Assembly: GCA_963762145.1 (NCBI GenBank)
Contig: CAVXJS010000009.1
Span: 736,001 to 800,000 of the forward strand
Reading direction: 5' to 3'
From: an uncultured Candidatus Rokubacteria bacterium
GTDB taxonomy: Bacteria > Methylomirabilota > Methylomirabilia > Rokubacteriales > CSP1-6
Length of the DNA: 64,000 nt
Every line of letters starts with the position of its first letter. The stretch's first letter is position 1. This document shows positions 13,844-23,175 of this stretch, in pieces. The notes under the pieces were generated by a model. That model was not told the origin of the DNA, did not search any database, and saw nothing but the letters and a program-made list of their open reading frames with translations. Both the position numbers and the translations under genes were made by a program.

Positions 13844-15450
13844 CGGGCGGCGCGCTCGAAGGTGTAGCCGGCGTACTCGGCGGGTCTGCGGGTGAGCGGC
13901 AGGACGTACAGATAGCGGCCGTACGGGAGCTGGACCTCTCGCAGGCCCTCGGGCCGCGGTGTTGCCGGATCCCAGTGATCCACGAACCAGACGAGCCGTC
14001 GAATCTCCGCGGGCAACCGGATGTACGAGCCGGGGGTGAGGATCATGGTCGCGGCGGATTGCGGGGCGTAGAAGCCGGCCGGCATCGGGCCGACCTGCAC
14101 CTGGTAGATGGGATACTCCGGCATGTAGAACATCGCGTGGCGCAGCCACGGGTAGGAGCGGGGATTGCCGAGCTCGGTCACGAGCGCGGTATCGGAGGGC
14201 TCGTAGACCGTGCGGATGGCCTCGACGTAGGTGCGGATCACCGCCTCGTGCTCGCGCAGCGCGGCCGCGGTGCGGCTCATGATCCAGTCGTGAAACTCGT
14301 CGCGCGCGCGCCAGAACCACTTGTCGCCCGCCGTCCGATGCTCGAACTCGCGCGGCAACGGACGCGCGCTCACGAAGAAGCCGGTGTTGATCAGCACCAG
14401 GGGCAGGACCGCGGCGGTGGTGAGCGCCCAGCGCCAGTTGGGCCGGCGCAGCCGCGCGGAGCCCGCCGCGACGGCCCACACGAGCACGCGGCTCAGCAGG
14501 ATCACGAGCGCGGGCAGGAACGTCAGCACGTAGCCCGCCTGCCCGAAGTGCACGAGCGTGTAGAAGATCCCCGCCGGGAGTATCCACGCGAGCAGGAAGA
14601 GCTCGGGCGCGCGCCAGCCCACGCGGCGCGCGTACACCGGCAGGGCCAGCGCCACCAGGCCGAGCGGGCCGAGCCCGACCAGGATGGACTCGAGCAGGTA
14701 GCGTATCTGGGCGAGCGTGACCTCGAGCGAGCCGCCGAGCACCGAGGTCGGGACGAGCATCGAGCCGTAGAGCTGGGTGGAGGCGGCCAGGTACGCGGCG
14801 GGACCGCCGCTCAGCCAGAGCATCGGCAGGAGCCACGAGAGCACGGACGCCACCAGGATTCCGCCCGCCAGCGCCAGGCGGCGCCGCGAGCGGACTCCGA
14901 GCATCGCGCACCCGAGCCAGAGCGGCAGGAGCAGGAGCAGGACCGACTGCCGCACGCCGCCGGTGAGACCGAGGGCCAGCGCGCCCCAGTAGAGATGCCG
15001 CGCGCTGCCGCCGAGCGTCGCGTAGGCGAACCAGGCCACCACCGTCGCGGCGAACGCTTCCCCGGCATAGGTGAGACCCACCGAGCCGTAGAACCAGAAG
15101 AGCGGGCTGACCGCCAGCAGCGACGCGGCCACCAGCGCGGTGGCGCGATCGTAGAGCCGGCGCGCCAGCGCGTAGAGGACGAAGGTCGTACCCGCGCTGA
15201 AGAGCATCGCGAGCGCCACGTAGGCCAGCGTGGGATCGCCGAGCGAAGCGTTGAGCAGGCGGCCCAGTCCGACGTACAGCAAGTAGCCCGGCGGGTGCGG
15301 CTGATGCTTGGCGATGTCGAACTCGCGCAATGCGAGGGCGAACTGCACCGCGTCCCAGTTGTAGAGCATGCGGGCGCGGTACGGCCAGCGCGAGAGCAGC
15401 GTGACGATCGCGAGTCCCAGCGCCACGCACAGGTCGCCGTGACGCGCCAC
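13840..15450 (-). CDS. GT-C/PMT-like (DUF2723-like) membrane glycosyltransferase
   Basis: YNWDAVQFALAL...HQPHPPGYLLY motif, multiple TM helices. Confidence 0.7.
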   Translation of the reverse strand: MARHGDLCVALGLAIVTLLSRWPYRARMLYNWDAVQFALALREFDIAKHQPHPPGYLLYVGLGRLLNASLGDPTLAYVALAMLFSAGTTFVLYALARRLYDRATALVAASLLAVSPLFWFYGSVGLTYAGEAFAATVVAWFAYATLGGSARHLYWGALALGLTGGVRQSVLLLLLPLWLGCAMLGVRSRRRLALAGGILVASVLSWLLPMLWLSGGPAAYLAASTQLYGSMLVPTSVLGGSLEVTLAQIRYLLESILVGLGPLGLVALALPVYARRVGWRAPELFLLAWILPAGIFYTLVHFGQAGYVLTFLPALVILLSRVLVWAVAAGSARLRRPNWRWALTTAAVLPLVLINTGFFVSARPLPREFEHRTAGDKWFWRARDEFHDWIMSRTAAALREHEAVIRTYVEAIRTVYEPSDTALVTELGNPRSYPWLRHAMFYMPEYPIYQVQVGPMPAGFYAPQSAATMILTPGSYIRLPAEIRRLVWFVDHWDPATPRPEGLREVQLPYGRYLYVLPLTRRPAEYAGYTFERAAR

Positions 15451-15508
15451 ACTGGCGAGGCGGGAAGAGTCGAGGAGGCGGGGGACGAAGTGGTTCAGAG
15501 GAGCGGAG

Positions 15509-15697
15509 CTATGCCTTCTTCTCGTCGTCCTTCTTCACGGCCGCCGCGGGCTCGTCCTTCACCTCGGCCACACCCTTCTTGAACTCCTTGATGCTGCCAC
15601 CGAGCGAACGGGCCAGATCGGGGAGACGCTGGGCCCCGAAGAGGATCAGCACGATGACCAGGATCAACAGCAGCTCTTGATATCCCAGACCGAACAT
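15509..15697 (-). CDS. tatA: Twin-arginine translocase TatA/E
   Basis: MFGLGYQELLLILVIVLILFGAQRLPDLARSLGGSIKEFKK; AAGGAG SD. Confidence 0.93.
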   Translation of the reverse strand: MFGLGYQELLLILVIVLILFGAQRLPDLARSLGGSIKEFKKGVAEVKDEPAAAVKKDDEKKA

Positions 15698-15731
15698 GGC
15701 GGGACTCCTTTCCTTTTCCTGACGCCCCCTT

Positions 15732-15760
15732 ACCCTACGCGCCCGGTCCGGGGTTGTCAA
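15732..15760 (-). promoter_or_regulatory. Putative sigma70 promoter for tatA
   Basis: TTGACA (15755-15760), 17 nt, TAGGGT (15732-15737) on the minus strand. Confidence 0.55.
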
Positions 15761-17669
15761 CGCGGCCATGGCCCTCTCGGAGCACCCGGCGCTCGCCGAC
15801 CCGCACGGTCACGCGCTGGGCATCGAAGTACTCCATCAGCGGGATGGCGTACTTCCGGCTGACCCCGAAGAGGTCCTTGAAGTCGGCCGGCCCGATCTCC
15901 TTCTTCTCCCGCAGGAAGCCGACGAGCTGCGCCTGGACGGTGCGGAGCGCCTCGGCGTGGAAGAAGAGCGACTCCTTCACCCGCAGCAGGGTCCGATCTG
16001 CGACCAGGACCTGGAAGAGCTCGTGCTTCTCCGTGCCCTTGACGCCCAGCCGGCCCAGGGCCTCCTCGGGACTCGGGGGCGCGGCGCCCGCGGCGCGGAA
16101 GTCGGCCTCGAGTCCCTTGACCACCCGCTCCTGGTCCGGAGTGAGCCGGATGGCGTGGGAGCCGAGCCGGACCTGGTCGCGCTCGCTCTTGACGACTCCT
16201 TCCGCCTCGAGCGCGGTCAGGAGCTGGGTGAAGACCCGCTCCTGCGCATTGCCGACCCGGCTGCGCAGCTCCTCCCGGGAGATCCCGCCCCGCAAGGGGT
16301 TCTCGGTGTGGAAGGCCTCGAGGAGACCCAGCGTCTGGGCGCGCAGCCGATCGCTCGCGTCGCGGTGCAGGTACCACTCACGATCGACCGCGAGGACGCG
16401 GCCGTCCTGCTGGAGTCGCTCGAGCAGCTCCCGGAGCTGGTCGGGACCGAAGGGCGTCCGGGCACGAAGATCCGCCACCCGCGCGCCCGCCGCCCCGGCC
16501 TGCTTCAGGTGCTCCTCCAGGATCTCCGGAGGCCCGCCGGTGGCGAGCAGTGCCAGGTGCGCGGCGAGCGCGGGCCCCTTGCGCTTGAAGCGCGGCGGCG
16601 CGATGTCGAGCACGGTACCGCCCCCGATGGTCACGATGGGCGAGTACGACCGCACGACGAAGCGGTCCCCCGGCAGGGCCACCACCGGTGCCTCAAGCCG
16701 GAAGCGGGCATGACAGGATCCGCCGGGGGCGAGCTCGGGCCGATCCACCGGCAGGACGCGCGCCATCACTTCCTGGGTGCCGACGTGGAAGCGCACGCGG
16801 TCGCGCGTCTTGACCGGCCGCGGCGCGTCCTCGAGAAGCTCGAGCGTGCCGTCGAGCAGGAGCGTCGGCACGAGGGCGCCGGCGGGCGCGAGGACGTCGC
16901 CGCGCTCGATCGCCGCCCGCTCCACGCCCTGGAGATTCACCGCGGTGCGCTGGCCGGCGGTCGCACGCGGGACGGTGTGGCCGTGCACCTGCAGGCCCCG
17001 CACCTTGGATTGAACGCCTCGCGGATACACCTCGACCTTGTCGTCGAGCGCGAAGCGGCCCGCGACCAGCGTGCCCGTCACCACGGTGCCGAACCCCTTC
17101 ACGGTGAACACGCGGTCGATCGGCAGGCGGGCCGTGCGGTCGGGATCCTTGGCGGGCACCCCCCGGGCCAGCTCCGCGAGCGCCGCGCGCAGCTCGGGCA
17201 GTCCCGCGCCCGTCTTCACCGAGGCGGGGAGGATCGGGCAGCCCGCGAGGAAGGTGGGGGCGAGGGCGCGCCGCACGTCGTCGCGGACCAGCTCGATCCA
17301 CTCGGGTTCGGCCAGATCCGCCTTGCTCAGCACCACGAGCCCCGACCTGATGCGCAGGAGCTGACAGATCGCCAGGTGCTCGCGGGTCTGCGGCATCACG
17401 CCCTCGTCGGCGGCGACCACCAGAAGGGCCAGGTCGATGCCGCCCGCGCCGGCCAGCATGTTCCGCACGAAGCGCTCGTGGCCCGGCACGTCCACGATCT
17501 CGATCACGAGCCCGTCCGGCTCCTCCAGGAACGCGAAGCCCAGGTCGATCGTGATACCGCGCGCCTTCTCTTCCGGCAGCCGATCGGTGTCGGTGCCGGT
17601 CAGGGCCTTCACGAGCGACGTCTTCCCGTGGTCGATATGACCGGCGGTGCCGACGACGACGTGTCTCAT
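15735..17669 (-). CDS. selB: Selenocysteine-specific elongation factor
   Basis: [30 protein letters not shown]-terminal winged helix [13 protein letters not shown]. Confidence 0.97.
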   Translation of the reverse strand: MRHVVVGTAGHIDHGKTSLVKALTGTDTDRLPEEKARGITIDLGFAFLEEPDGLVIEIVDVPGHERFVRNMLAGAGGIDLALLVVAADEGVMPQTREHLAICQLLRIRSGLVVLSKADLAEPEWIELVRDDVRRALAPTFLAGCPILPASVKTGAGLPELRAALAELARGVPAKDPDRTARLPIDRVFTVKGFGTVVTGTLVAGRFALDDKVEVYPRGVQSKVRGLQVHGHTVPRATAGQRTAVNLQGVERAAIERGDVLAPAGALVPTLLLDGTLELLEDAPRPVKTRDRVRFHVGTQEVMARVLPVDRPELAPGGSCHARFRLEAPVVALPGDRFVVRSYSPIVTIGGGTVLDIAPPRFKRKGPALAAHLALLATGGPPEILEEHLKQAGAAGARVADLRARTPFGPDQLRELLERLQQDGRVLAVDREWYLHRDASDRLRAQTLGLLEAFHTENPLRGGISREELRSRVGNAQERVFTQLLTALEAEGVVKSERDQVRLGSHAIRLTPDQERVVKGLEADFRAAGAAPPSPEEALGRLGVKGTEKHELFQVLVADRTLLRVKESLFFHAEALRTVQAQLVGFLREKKEIGPADFKDLFGVSRKYAIPLMEYFDAQRVTVRVGERRVLREGHGRVDNPGPGA

Positions 17670-17746
17670 GCGTGTGTCGCGGATACGGGATCCGCCCTGC
17701 GGACTACCGGCTGGGAGCGGACAGTCGGATCCGCCCCTCTATTTAA

Positions 17747-17780
17747 TGCGGGGGCCCAGAAATGGCCCCCGCACTCCCCC
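17747..17780. repeat. Intergenic palindrome (REP-like) between selA and selB
   Basis: TGCGGGGGCC-cagaaat-GGCCCCCGCA perfect 10-bp stem followed by ctccccc. Confidence 0.65.
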
Positions 17781-17844
17781 AGGCCGCGGACACTTGTCTC
17801 GGCACTTCTCATCCCGCGGCTCTCGGCGCCGTTCATGCCTGGTG

Positions 17845-19254
17845 CTAGAGGGCGGCGAGGCGCGTCGCCAAGGGGCCGATGTCGGCGGCGAGGATCGTGC
17901 GGCAGTCCAGGAGCAGACGGTCGTCGAGGACGCGGCCCAGGACCGGCGGGCGGCCCGAGCGGAGCGCTTCGTCCAGGCGCTCGGCGGGACGATCGGCGGT
18001 GCCGAGGGCGATCGCCGCAGTGGGCAGCTCCACCGTGGGCAGGGCGCCGCCGCCCACCTGCGAGGTGGCCTCGACCAGCTGTGCGCCGAGGGCCCGCTGC
18101 GTCTCCGAGGAGAGGCGGGCGAGGACCCGGCGCGCGCGCCGGCGCACCGACGCCGCGGCCTCGGTCAGCATGGTCAGCGTCGGGATGGTCTCGAGGGCCG
18201 TTCCCGCCTCGTAGGCGTAGAGCGTGGCCTCGAGCGCCGCCACCGTGAACTTGTCGATGCGCAGCGCGCGATTGACCGGGTTGCGGGCGAGACGCTCGAC
18301 CAGCGCCGAGCGACCCACCAGGATGCCGGCCTGCGGGCCGCCCAGGAGCTTGTCGCCCGAGAATGAGACGAGGTCCACCCCGGAGGCGACCACCTCGGGC
18401 ACCGTCGGCTCGTAGGGGAAGCCGTAGCGCGTGAGATCCACGAAGCAGCCGGAGCCCAGATCCTCCATCACCGGGATGGAGCGGGCGTGTCCCAGCTCGG
18501 CGAGGTCGCGGGAGGACACCGCGGCGGTGAAGCCCACGACGCGGTAGTTGGACGTGTGGACCTTGAGGATCAGCCCGGTCTCGGGCCCGATCGCGTTGAC
18601 GTAGTCCTTGAGGTGCGTGCGGTTGGTGGTCCCGACCTCGCGGAGGATGGCGCCCGACCTCCGCATGATGTCGGGGATGCGGAACTCGCCGCCGATCTCG
18701 ATGAGCTCGCCACGGGAGACGATCACTTCCTTGCCCCGCGCGAGGGATTCGAGCGCGAGCAGCACCGCGGACGCGCAGTTGTTGACGACGAGCGCCGCCT
18801 CCGCGCCGGAGAGCCGGCGCAGGAGGCCATCCACGTGCGCGTACCGCGAGCCCCGCTCCTTGCGGGAGAGATCCATCTCGAGGTTCGAGTACGCGGAGGC
18901 GACCTCGCGCAGCCGCTCCCGGGCCAGCGGGGAGAGCAGCGCGCGGCCCAGGTTCGTGTGGAGGACCACCCCGGTGGCATTGATGACGGGGGCCAGCGAG
19001 AAGAGACCGTCCCGCGTGAGCGCGGCGACGACCCGGCGGCCGAGCGTGTCGGCGTCCGCGGCGGGTCCGCCCGCCTCCAGCAGCCGTCGCCGCTCGGCGG
19101 CCAGGACCTCCCGCACGCCCGCGGCCAGGCGGGGACGCGGCATCCCCTGGAGCGCGCGCTCCCCGCCGAGCGCGCCGATGAGCGCGTCCACCGAGGGCAG
19201 CCCGCGAAGCAGGGCCTGCGTGTCCGCCCGCCCGCTCTTACCCGCCCGCGGCAA
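17845..19254 (-). CDS. selA: L-seryl-tRNA(Sec) selenium transferase; start uncertain (TTG at 19254)
   Basis: LPSVD, VINATGVVLHTNLGRA, SRGELIEIGGEFRIPD, FSGDKLLGGPQAG. Confidence 0.95.
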   Translation of the reverse strand: MPRAGKSGRADTQALLRGLPSVDALIGALGGERALQGMPRPRLAAGVREVLAAERRRLLEAGGPAADADTLGRRVVAALTRDGLFSLAPVINATGVVLHTNLGRALLSPLARERLREVASAYSNLEMDLSRKERGSRYAHVDGLLRRLSGAEAALVVNNCASAVLLALESLARGKEVIVSRGELIEIGGEFRIPDIMRRSGAILREVGTTNRTHLKDYVNAIGPETGLILKVHTSNYRVVGFTAAVSSRDLAELGHARSIPVMEDLGSGCFVDLTRYGFPYEPTVPEVVASGVDLVSFSGDKLLGGPQAGILVGRSALVERLARNPVNRALRIDKFTVAALEATLYAYEAGTALETIPTLTMLTEAAASVRRRARRVLARLSSETQRALGAQLVEATSQVGGGALPTVELPTAAIALGTADRPAERLDEALRSGRPPVLGRVLDDRLLLDCRTILAADIGPLATRLAAL

Positions 19255-19525
19255 GCTCGGTCTCCACGCGCTCCTTGACCCGCGCGATGACCTCGTGGGC
19301 CTCGCGCCGGATGGCCTCGACGCTGGCGCCCTCCCCGCGCACGCGCAGGAGGCGGCGCACCGCGTCCTCGGTGAGGCCGGCCCACAGCTCGTCCAGGTCG
19401 CGCGGCGAGAATCCCTGGCCGCGGAGCGCGGCGCTCCACTCGCGCGCCAGCTCCTGCACGAGGCGGTCGCGCTCGAGCGCCAGACGGCGGGCACGCTTGA
19501 TCAATTCGGGAAGGCGCGGGGCCAT
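19238..19525 (-). CDS. Hypothetical helical protein (95 aa)
   Basis: AAGGAG SD within the upstream gene end, typical codon usage, operon context. Confidence 0.65.
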   Translation of the reverse strand: MAPRLPELIKRARRLALERDRLVQELAREWSAALRGQGFSPRDLDELWAGLTEDAVRRLLRVRGEGASVEAIRREAHEVIARVKERVETELAAGG

Positions 19526-19532
19526 GGCCGAC

Positions 19533-20039
19533 CTACTCCTTCACGAGCCGGCGGACCGAATCGAGCAGGTTCGCCTCCCACCGTCCGGTGGAGACGCACT
19601 GGAACACGCGATCGGTCTTGAGCCGGCCGGAGCTTCCACGCCGGTAGGCGTGGGTGTTGATCTTGGTGTTGACCTGGATCAGGGTAGACCCGTTCTGCCC
19701 CGGCTGCACGAAGAGCGTGAACGAGCCCATCGCCTCGCCCTCGAGCTGCACCTCGCCCATCCGGCCGCAGTCGGCGTAGACCCCGATCGGGGAGATGAAA
19801 TCGTCGGTCGAGATCACCCCCGAGTCCTTGGCCACCACCCGGAGGGGCACGTTCTCTCCGGCGAGCGCCCGCACGAGCGCGTGCCACGTCGTGTCGTAGC
19901 CCGCGGCCGCCGCGTCACGGTAGGGAGGCGGTGCGATGGCCGAGACGACGGGCCCCGCGCATCCGGCCAGCGCCATCATCGAGACGGCCGTGCAGAACGC
20001 CGCGAGGCCACGGCGAGAGGGCCGCGTCATGCGCATCAT
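19533..20039 (-). CDS. Putative lipoprotein (BamC/NlpB-like segment)
   Basis: Lipobox LAGC; TWHALVRAL...VVAKDSGVISTD; C-terminal CVSTGRWE. Confidence 0.65.
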   Translation of the reverse strand: MMRMTRPSRRGLAAFCTAVSMMALAGCAGPVVSAIAPPPYRDAAAAGYDTTWHALVRALAGENVPLRVVAKDSGVISTDDFISPIGVYADCGRMGEVQLEGEAMGSFTLFVQPGQNGSTLIQVNTKINTHAYRRGSSGRLKTDRVFQCVSTGRWEANLLDSVRRLVKE

Positions 20040-20040
20040 T

Positions 20041-20592
20041 CTACCCTTTGTGATGGTCGATCCCGCGATACGTGCGGATGAACCGTACGATGCGGGCCTC
20101 GTCGAAGGCGTCGAAGGCGTCGAGCCGTGTCCACGCGGTGAGCGCGATGCGCGTGCGCATCCCCGGATAAGGCGCCAGGATGACCTGCGTCTCGTACCGT
20201 CGCACGATCTCGGTCAGCTTGGCTACCAGGTCCGGGCACGGCGCGGCGCAGTGATACTGCACCATCACGCCGCCATCCTCCAGGTTGTGGACCTGCAGCT
20301 CTCGCACGATCGGCTCGGTGTGGATGCCCCACGGCGCGATGTACGGCAGGTGTGGCCCGGAGGTGGGCGGATCCGAGTTGTACGGCACGTGCGGCTCCGT
20401 CGCGAGCTGGATGTGCGCGTTGCCCTGGTCCGCCAGCTTGACGCCGGGCAGGTCGGCCGCCGCGCGATACGCCCAGTAGCCGACGAGGGCCGCCACCACG
20501 ACTGCGACGGTCACGCCGGTCGCGAGCAGACGCCAGCGACCTTGGCGCGTCGGTCGAATCGTCTCCGCCCGTCCTGCCTTCTTCCTGTCCAA
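20041..20592 (-). CDS. DUF3105-family membrane-anchored protein
   Basis: TM anchor, QGNAH, YNSDPPTSGPH, VHNLEDGGV, IALTAW; TTG start with GAAGGAG SD. Confidence 0.8.
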   Translation of the reverse strand: MDRKKAGRAETIRPTRQGRWRLLATGVTVAVVVAALVGYWAYRAAADLPGVKLADQGNAHIQLATEPHVPYNSDPPTSGPHLPYIAPWGIHTEPIVRELQVHNLEDGGVMVQYHCAAPCPDLVAKLTEIVRRYETQVILAPYPGMRTRIALTAWTRLDAFDAFDEARIVRFIRTYRGIDHHKG

Positions 20593-20628
20593 TCAGCGAC
20601 TCCTTCGAGCCCGGACGACGAAGCGGGA

Positions 20629-20726
20629 TGGCGGAAGCGTGTGGGAGTCGAACCCACCTCCGACTTGTCTAGAGCCGGACGCCGGATTTGAAGTCCGGGA
20701 GGCCCACCGGGATCCTAGACGCCTCC
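20629..20726 (-). tRNA. selC: tRNA-Sec (anticodon UCA)
   Basis: 8-bp acceptor GGAGGCGT/ACGCTTCC + GCCA, anticodon loop CTTCAAA, long variable arm, GGTTCGACT T-loop; near selA/selB. Confidence 0.95.
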
Positions 20727-20828
20727 GAGCCAACTTCGCCTGAAATCAGGGCGTTTCAGTGTACCACCGAGCGGCGATCCGGGAGGCGGGCCGGGGGGTC
20801 GGCGGGGGGCCCGTGCTACCCTCGGCTG

Positions 20829-22070
20829 GTGAGCCGGATCTGGCGCTGCCTGGCACTGGCCGGCCTCGTCCTGGCGCTCTTGCCCGGCGGCCGAGCGGCC
20901 CAGGGCAACGGCGCGGGGCCGCGGCCGATCTCTCCCGCCGAGGAGCAGTTCCTGGAGCGCCACTGGCGTATGCCGATCCCGCCCCAGGGCCCCGCCCCGG
21001 CTTCGTTTGCTCCGCTGGAACGCTCGCTCGCTCCGCGGGACTGTGGGGCCTGCCACCCGGTCCAGTACGAGGACTGGCGGGAGAGCATCCACGCCCGCAG
21101 CATGGGACCCGGCGTCGCGGGGCAGCTCGTGGAGCTCGCGCGACGCGATCCGGCGGGCGCCCGCGCCTGCCTCGTCTGTCACGCCCCGCTCACGGAGCAG
21201 TCCCCGGTCACCCGGGGCGCGGCCGGGCTCGAGGCGAACCCGGCCTTCGATCCGGCACTGCAGCAAGAAGGCATCGTGTGCGCCACGTGCCACGTGCGCG
21301 GGCATCAGCGCTTCGGGCCACCGCCCCGGGCCGACGCCCAGGGTCTTCGCGTCCCGCGCGCGCAGCTTCCCCACAACGGGGCCACCTACACGGGCGCATA
21401 CGAGCGCGCCGAGTTCTGCGCCGCCTGTCATCAGTTCGGGCCGCGCGGCCCCACCCTCAACGGCAAGCCGCTCGAGAACACCTACGAGGAGTGGCGGACC
21501 AGCCCGGCCGCGCGCCGCGGGCTCGCTTGCCAGCACTGCCACATGCCGGACCGGCGGCATCGGTGGCGCGGGATCCACGATCCGGAGATGGTGAAGTCGG
21601 GAGTGCGGGTGACGCTGGCGCTCGACCGCGCCCGCTACCGGCCCGGCCAGCGGGTTCGGGCGACCGTGACCGTCGCGAGCGTGAACGTGGGGCACTACTT
21701 CCCGACCTACGTGACCCCGAAGGTACTCGTTCGCGCCGTGCTCCTCGGAGCCGACGGCCAGCCGATCGCGTCGACCGCCGAGGAGGGGGTCATCGGACGG
21801 CAGGTCCCCCTCGACCTCTCGCGCGAGATCGCGGACACGCGCATTCCGCCCGGAGGGCGATTCGTGCTGCGCTACGATCGCGGGCTCGAGGGGCCGGGGC
21901 TTGCGCTCCGGGTCACGGTCACCGTGTACCCGGATCACTTCTACACCGGCTTCTTCGCGGCCCTCCTCGAGACGGGACCGGGCGCGGGGGAGGCGGAGAT
22001 CCGCCTGGCCCTGGAGGCGACGCGCCGGTCGCCCTTCGAGATCTTCGCGCGCGAGGTGCCGCTGACCTGA
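20829..22070 (+). CDS. Secreted pentaheme cytochrome c (c554-like) with C-terminal beta domain
   Basis: Signal peptide; five CxxCH motifs (CGACH, CLVCH, CATCH, CAACH, CQHCH); W.ESIHARS, ENTYEEW, VGHYFPT. Confidence 0.85.
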   Translation: MSRIWRCLALAGLVLALLPGGRAAQGNGAGPRPISPAEEQFLERHWRMPIPPQGPAPASFAPLERSLAPRDCGACHPVQYEDWRESIHARSMGPGVAGQLVELARRDPAGARACLVCHAPLTEQSPVTRGAAGLEANPAFDPALQQEGIVCATCHVRGHQRFGPPPRADAQGLRVPRAQLPHNGATYTGAYERAEFCAACHQFGPRGPTLNGKPLENTYEEWRTSPAARRGLACQHCHMPDRRHRWRGIHDPEMVKSGVRVTLALDRARYRPGQRVRATVTVASVNVGHYFPTYVTPKVLVRAVLLGADGQPIASTAEEGVIGRQVPLDLSREIADTRIPPGGRFVLRYDRGLEGPGLALRVTVTVYPDHFYTGFFAALLETGPGAGEAEIRLALEATRRSPFEIFAREVPLT

Positions 22071-22909
22071 CGGTCAGGTGACACCCGCCGGGTGGGGGCG
22101 GCCTGCCCGCCCGGCGCGGGCGACGGGTCCGCCGGCGCGATGTCGCCCATGTCCGGCTCGAGCTGCAGCGTGTCCGCGATCTTGGTATAGCTCGAGAACA
22201 TCTGCGCCACCCCGAAGACCTCCACCACCCCGCGTGGGCTCACGCCGAGCCGGCGCATCTCGGCCAGGTGGAAACCGGTGCCGAACGGAGAGCGCGAGGT
22301 CAGGGACACCGCGAAGGCCAGGGTCTCCTTCAGGCGCCGCGAGAGGTGGTGGTCGGCGAAGGCACGCTGGACCGCCCCCCACACCTCCGCCGCATAGGCC
22401 GGATCGTGGGCCATCAGGCGGAACGGTAGCGGCACGTCCGTGGCCTGGTAGAAGGACCGGACGTCGTCGAACAGCGCGCGTACCTCGTCGGTGGCCGCGG
22501 CCGGATCGACCGCGGGCAGGCTGGGCGTGCTCATCCCGAGGGCATCGGCCGCCACGTTGAGCGCGTTGGTGACGCCCACCACGTGCGCCGCCTCGTACCA
22601 CAGCGCGTCGTCCTTCATCCCCTGCAGCTTCCCGGCTGCAGTATGAGCGCGTACTCAGTAATTGCAGGCGTTGACGCCGCTCACCACCGCGGCGACCATC
22701 TCCTTCTCGGCCCGCGAGAACTCGCCCGGGCTCATCGCCCGCTTCATGGCGCGCCCGTGGGGGCCGCCGAACTCGGCGTCCCACGCCATCACCCGGCTCA
22801 TGGCGGGGGGCTGGGGAAAGTCGTAGGCGAACCAGAGCTTGGACAACTCGAACAGCCGCTGGGCGGCCTCCGGGTACTCGGATGCGTCGCGCAATCGGAC
22901 GGTGGGCAT
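21941..22909 (-). CDS. Selenoprotein with tandem AhpD/carboxymuconolactone-decarboxylase domains; Sec at UGA 22655-22657; C-terminal end uncertain
   Basis: EKEMVAAVVSGVNAC-N-Y-[TGA]-VRAH matches the AhpD CxYCxxAH motif; the frame continues 12 codons into ORF 21941-22618; SECIS-like hairpin downstream. Confidence 0.88.
22616..22654 (-). promoter_or_regulatory. Bacterial SECIS element
   Basis: After UGA: 13 nt, then CUGCAGC-CGGGAA-GCUGCAG (7-bp stem, G-containing loop 20 nt from UGA) with a lower CAU/AUG stem. Confidence 0.8.
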
Positions 22910-22929
22910 CGCGTGCCTCCTGCCGGAGG

Positions 22930-23172
22930 TCAGCGACCGCCGGCCAGCGGGGGGAACACCGACAGCACGTCACCTTCGGCCAGCCGCTGGTCCGGGGTGG
23001 CGTCGAGGCCGTTGACGACGGTCAGACGCTCCATCGAGGGTGGAATCCTGAGGGAGTGTACCACCTGATCCACGGTGGTGCCGTCGGGGAGGTCGAGAAC
23101 CACACTGTCCCCTCGCGTGCCCGGCGGCAGGTAGGCTCGCAGGGTCGCCGTGAGGTGAACCGCCACCCTCAC
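22930..23172 (-). CDS. MoaD/ThiS-family ubiquitin-like sulfur carrier ending GG-R
   Basis: Beta-grasp pattern LPDGTTV...VNG...LAEGDVLSVFPPLAGGR. Confidence 0.85.
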   Translation of the reverse strand: MRVAVHLTATLRAYLPPGTRGDSVVLDLPDGTTVDQVVHSLRIPPSMERLTVVNGLDATPDQRLAEGDVLSVFPPLAGGR

Positions 23173-23175
23173 GGT

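Noticed and set aside
21941-22075. Functional C-terminal tail of the selenoprotein overlapping the cytochrome gene
   Set aside because: Low-complexity sequence antisense to a real CDS; a stop exists at 22074 in a neighbouring frame, so the tail may reflect an indel or a lost stop
22916-22932. UGA stop of the ThiS-like gene as a second Sec codon
   Set aside because: The hairpin starts immediately at the UGA (wrong SECIS spacing), the domain is already complete, and readthrough gives no recognisable protein
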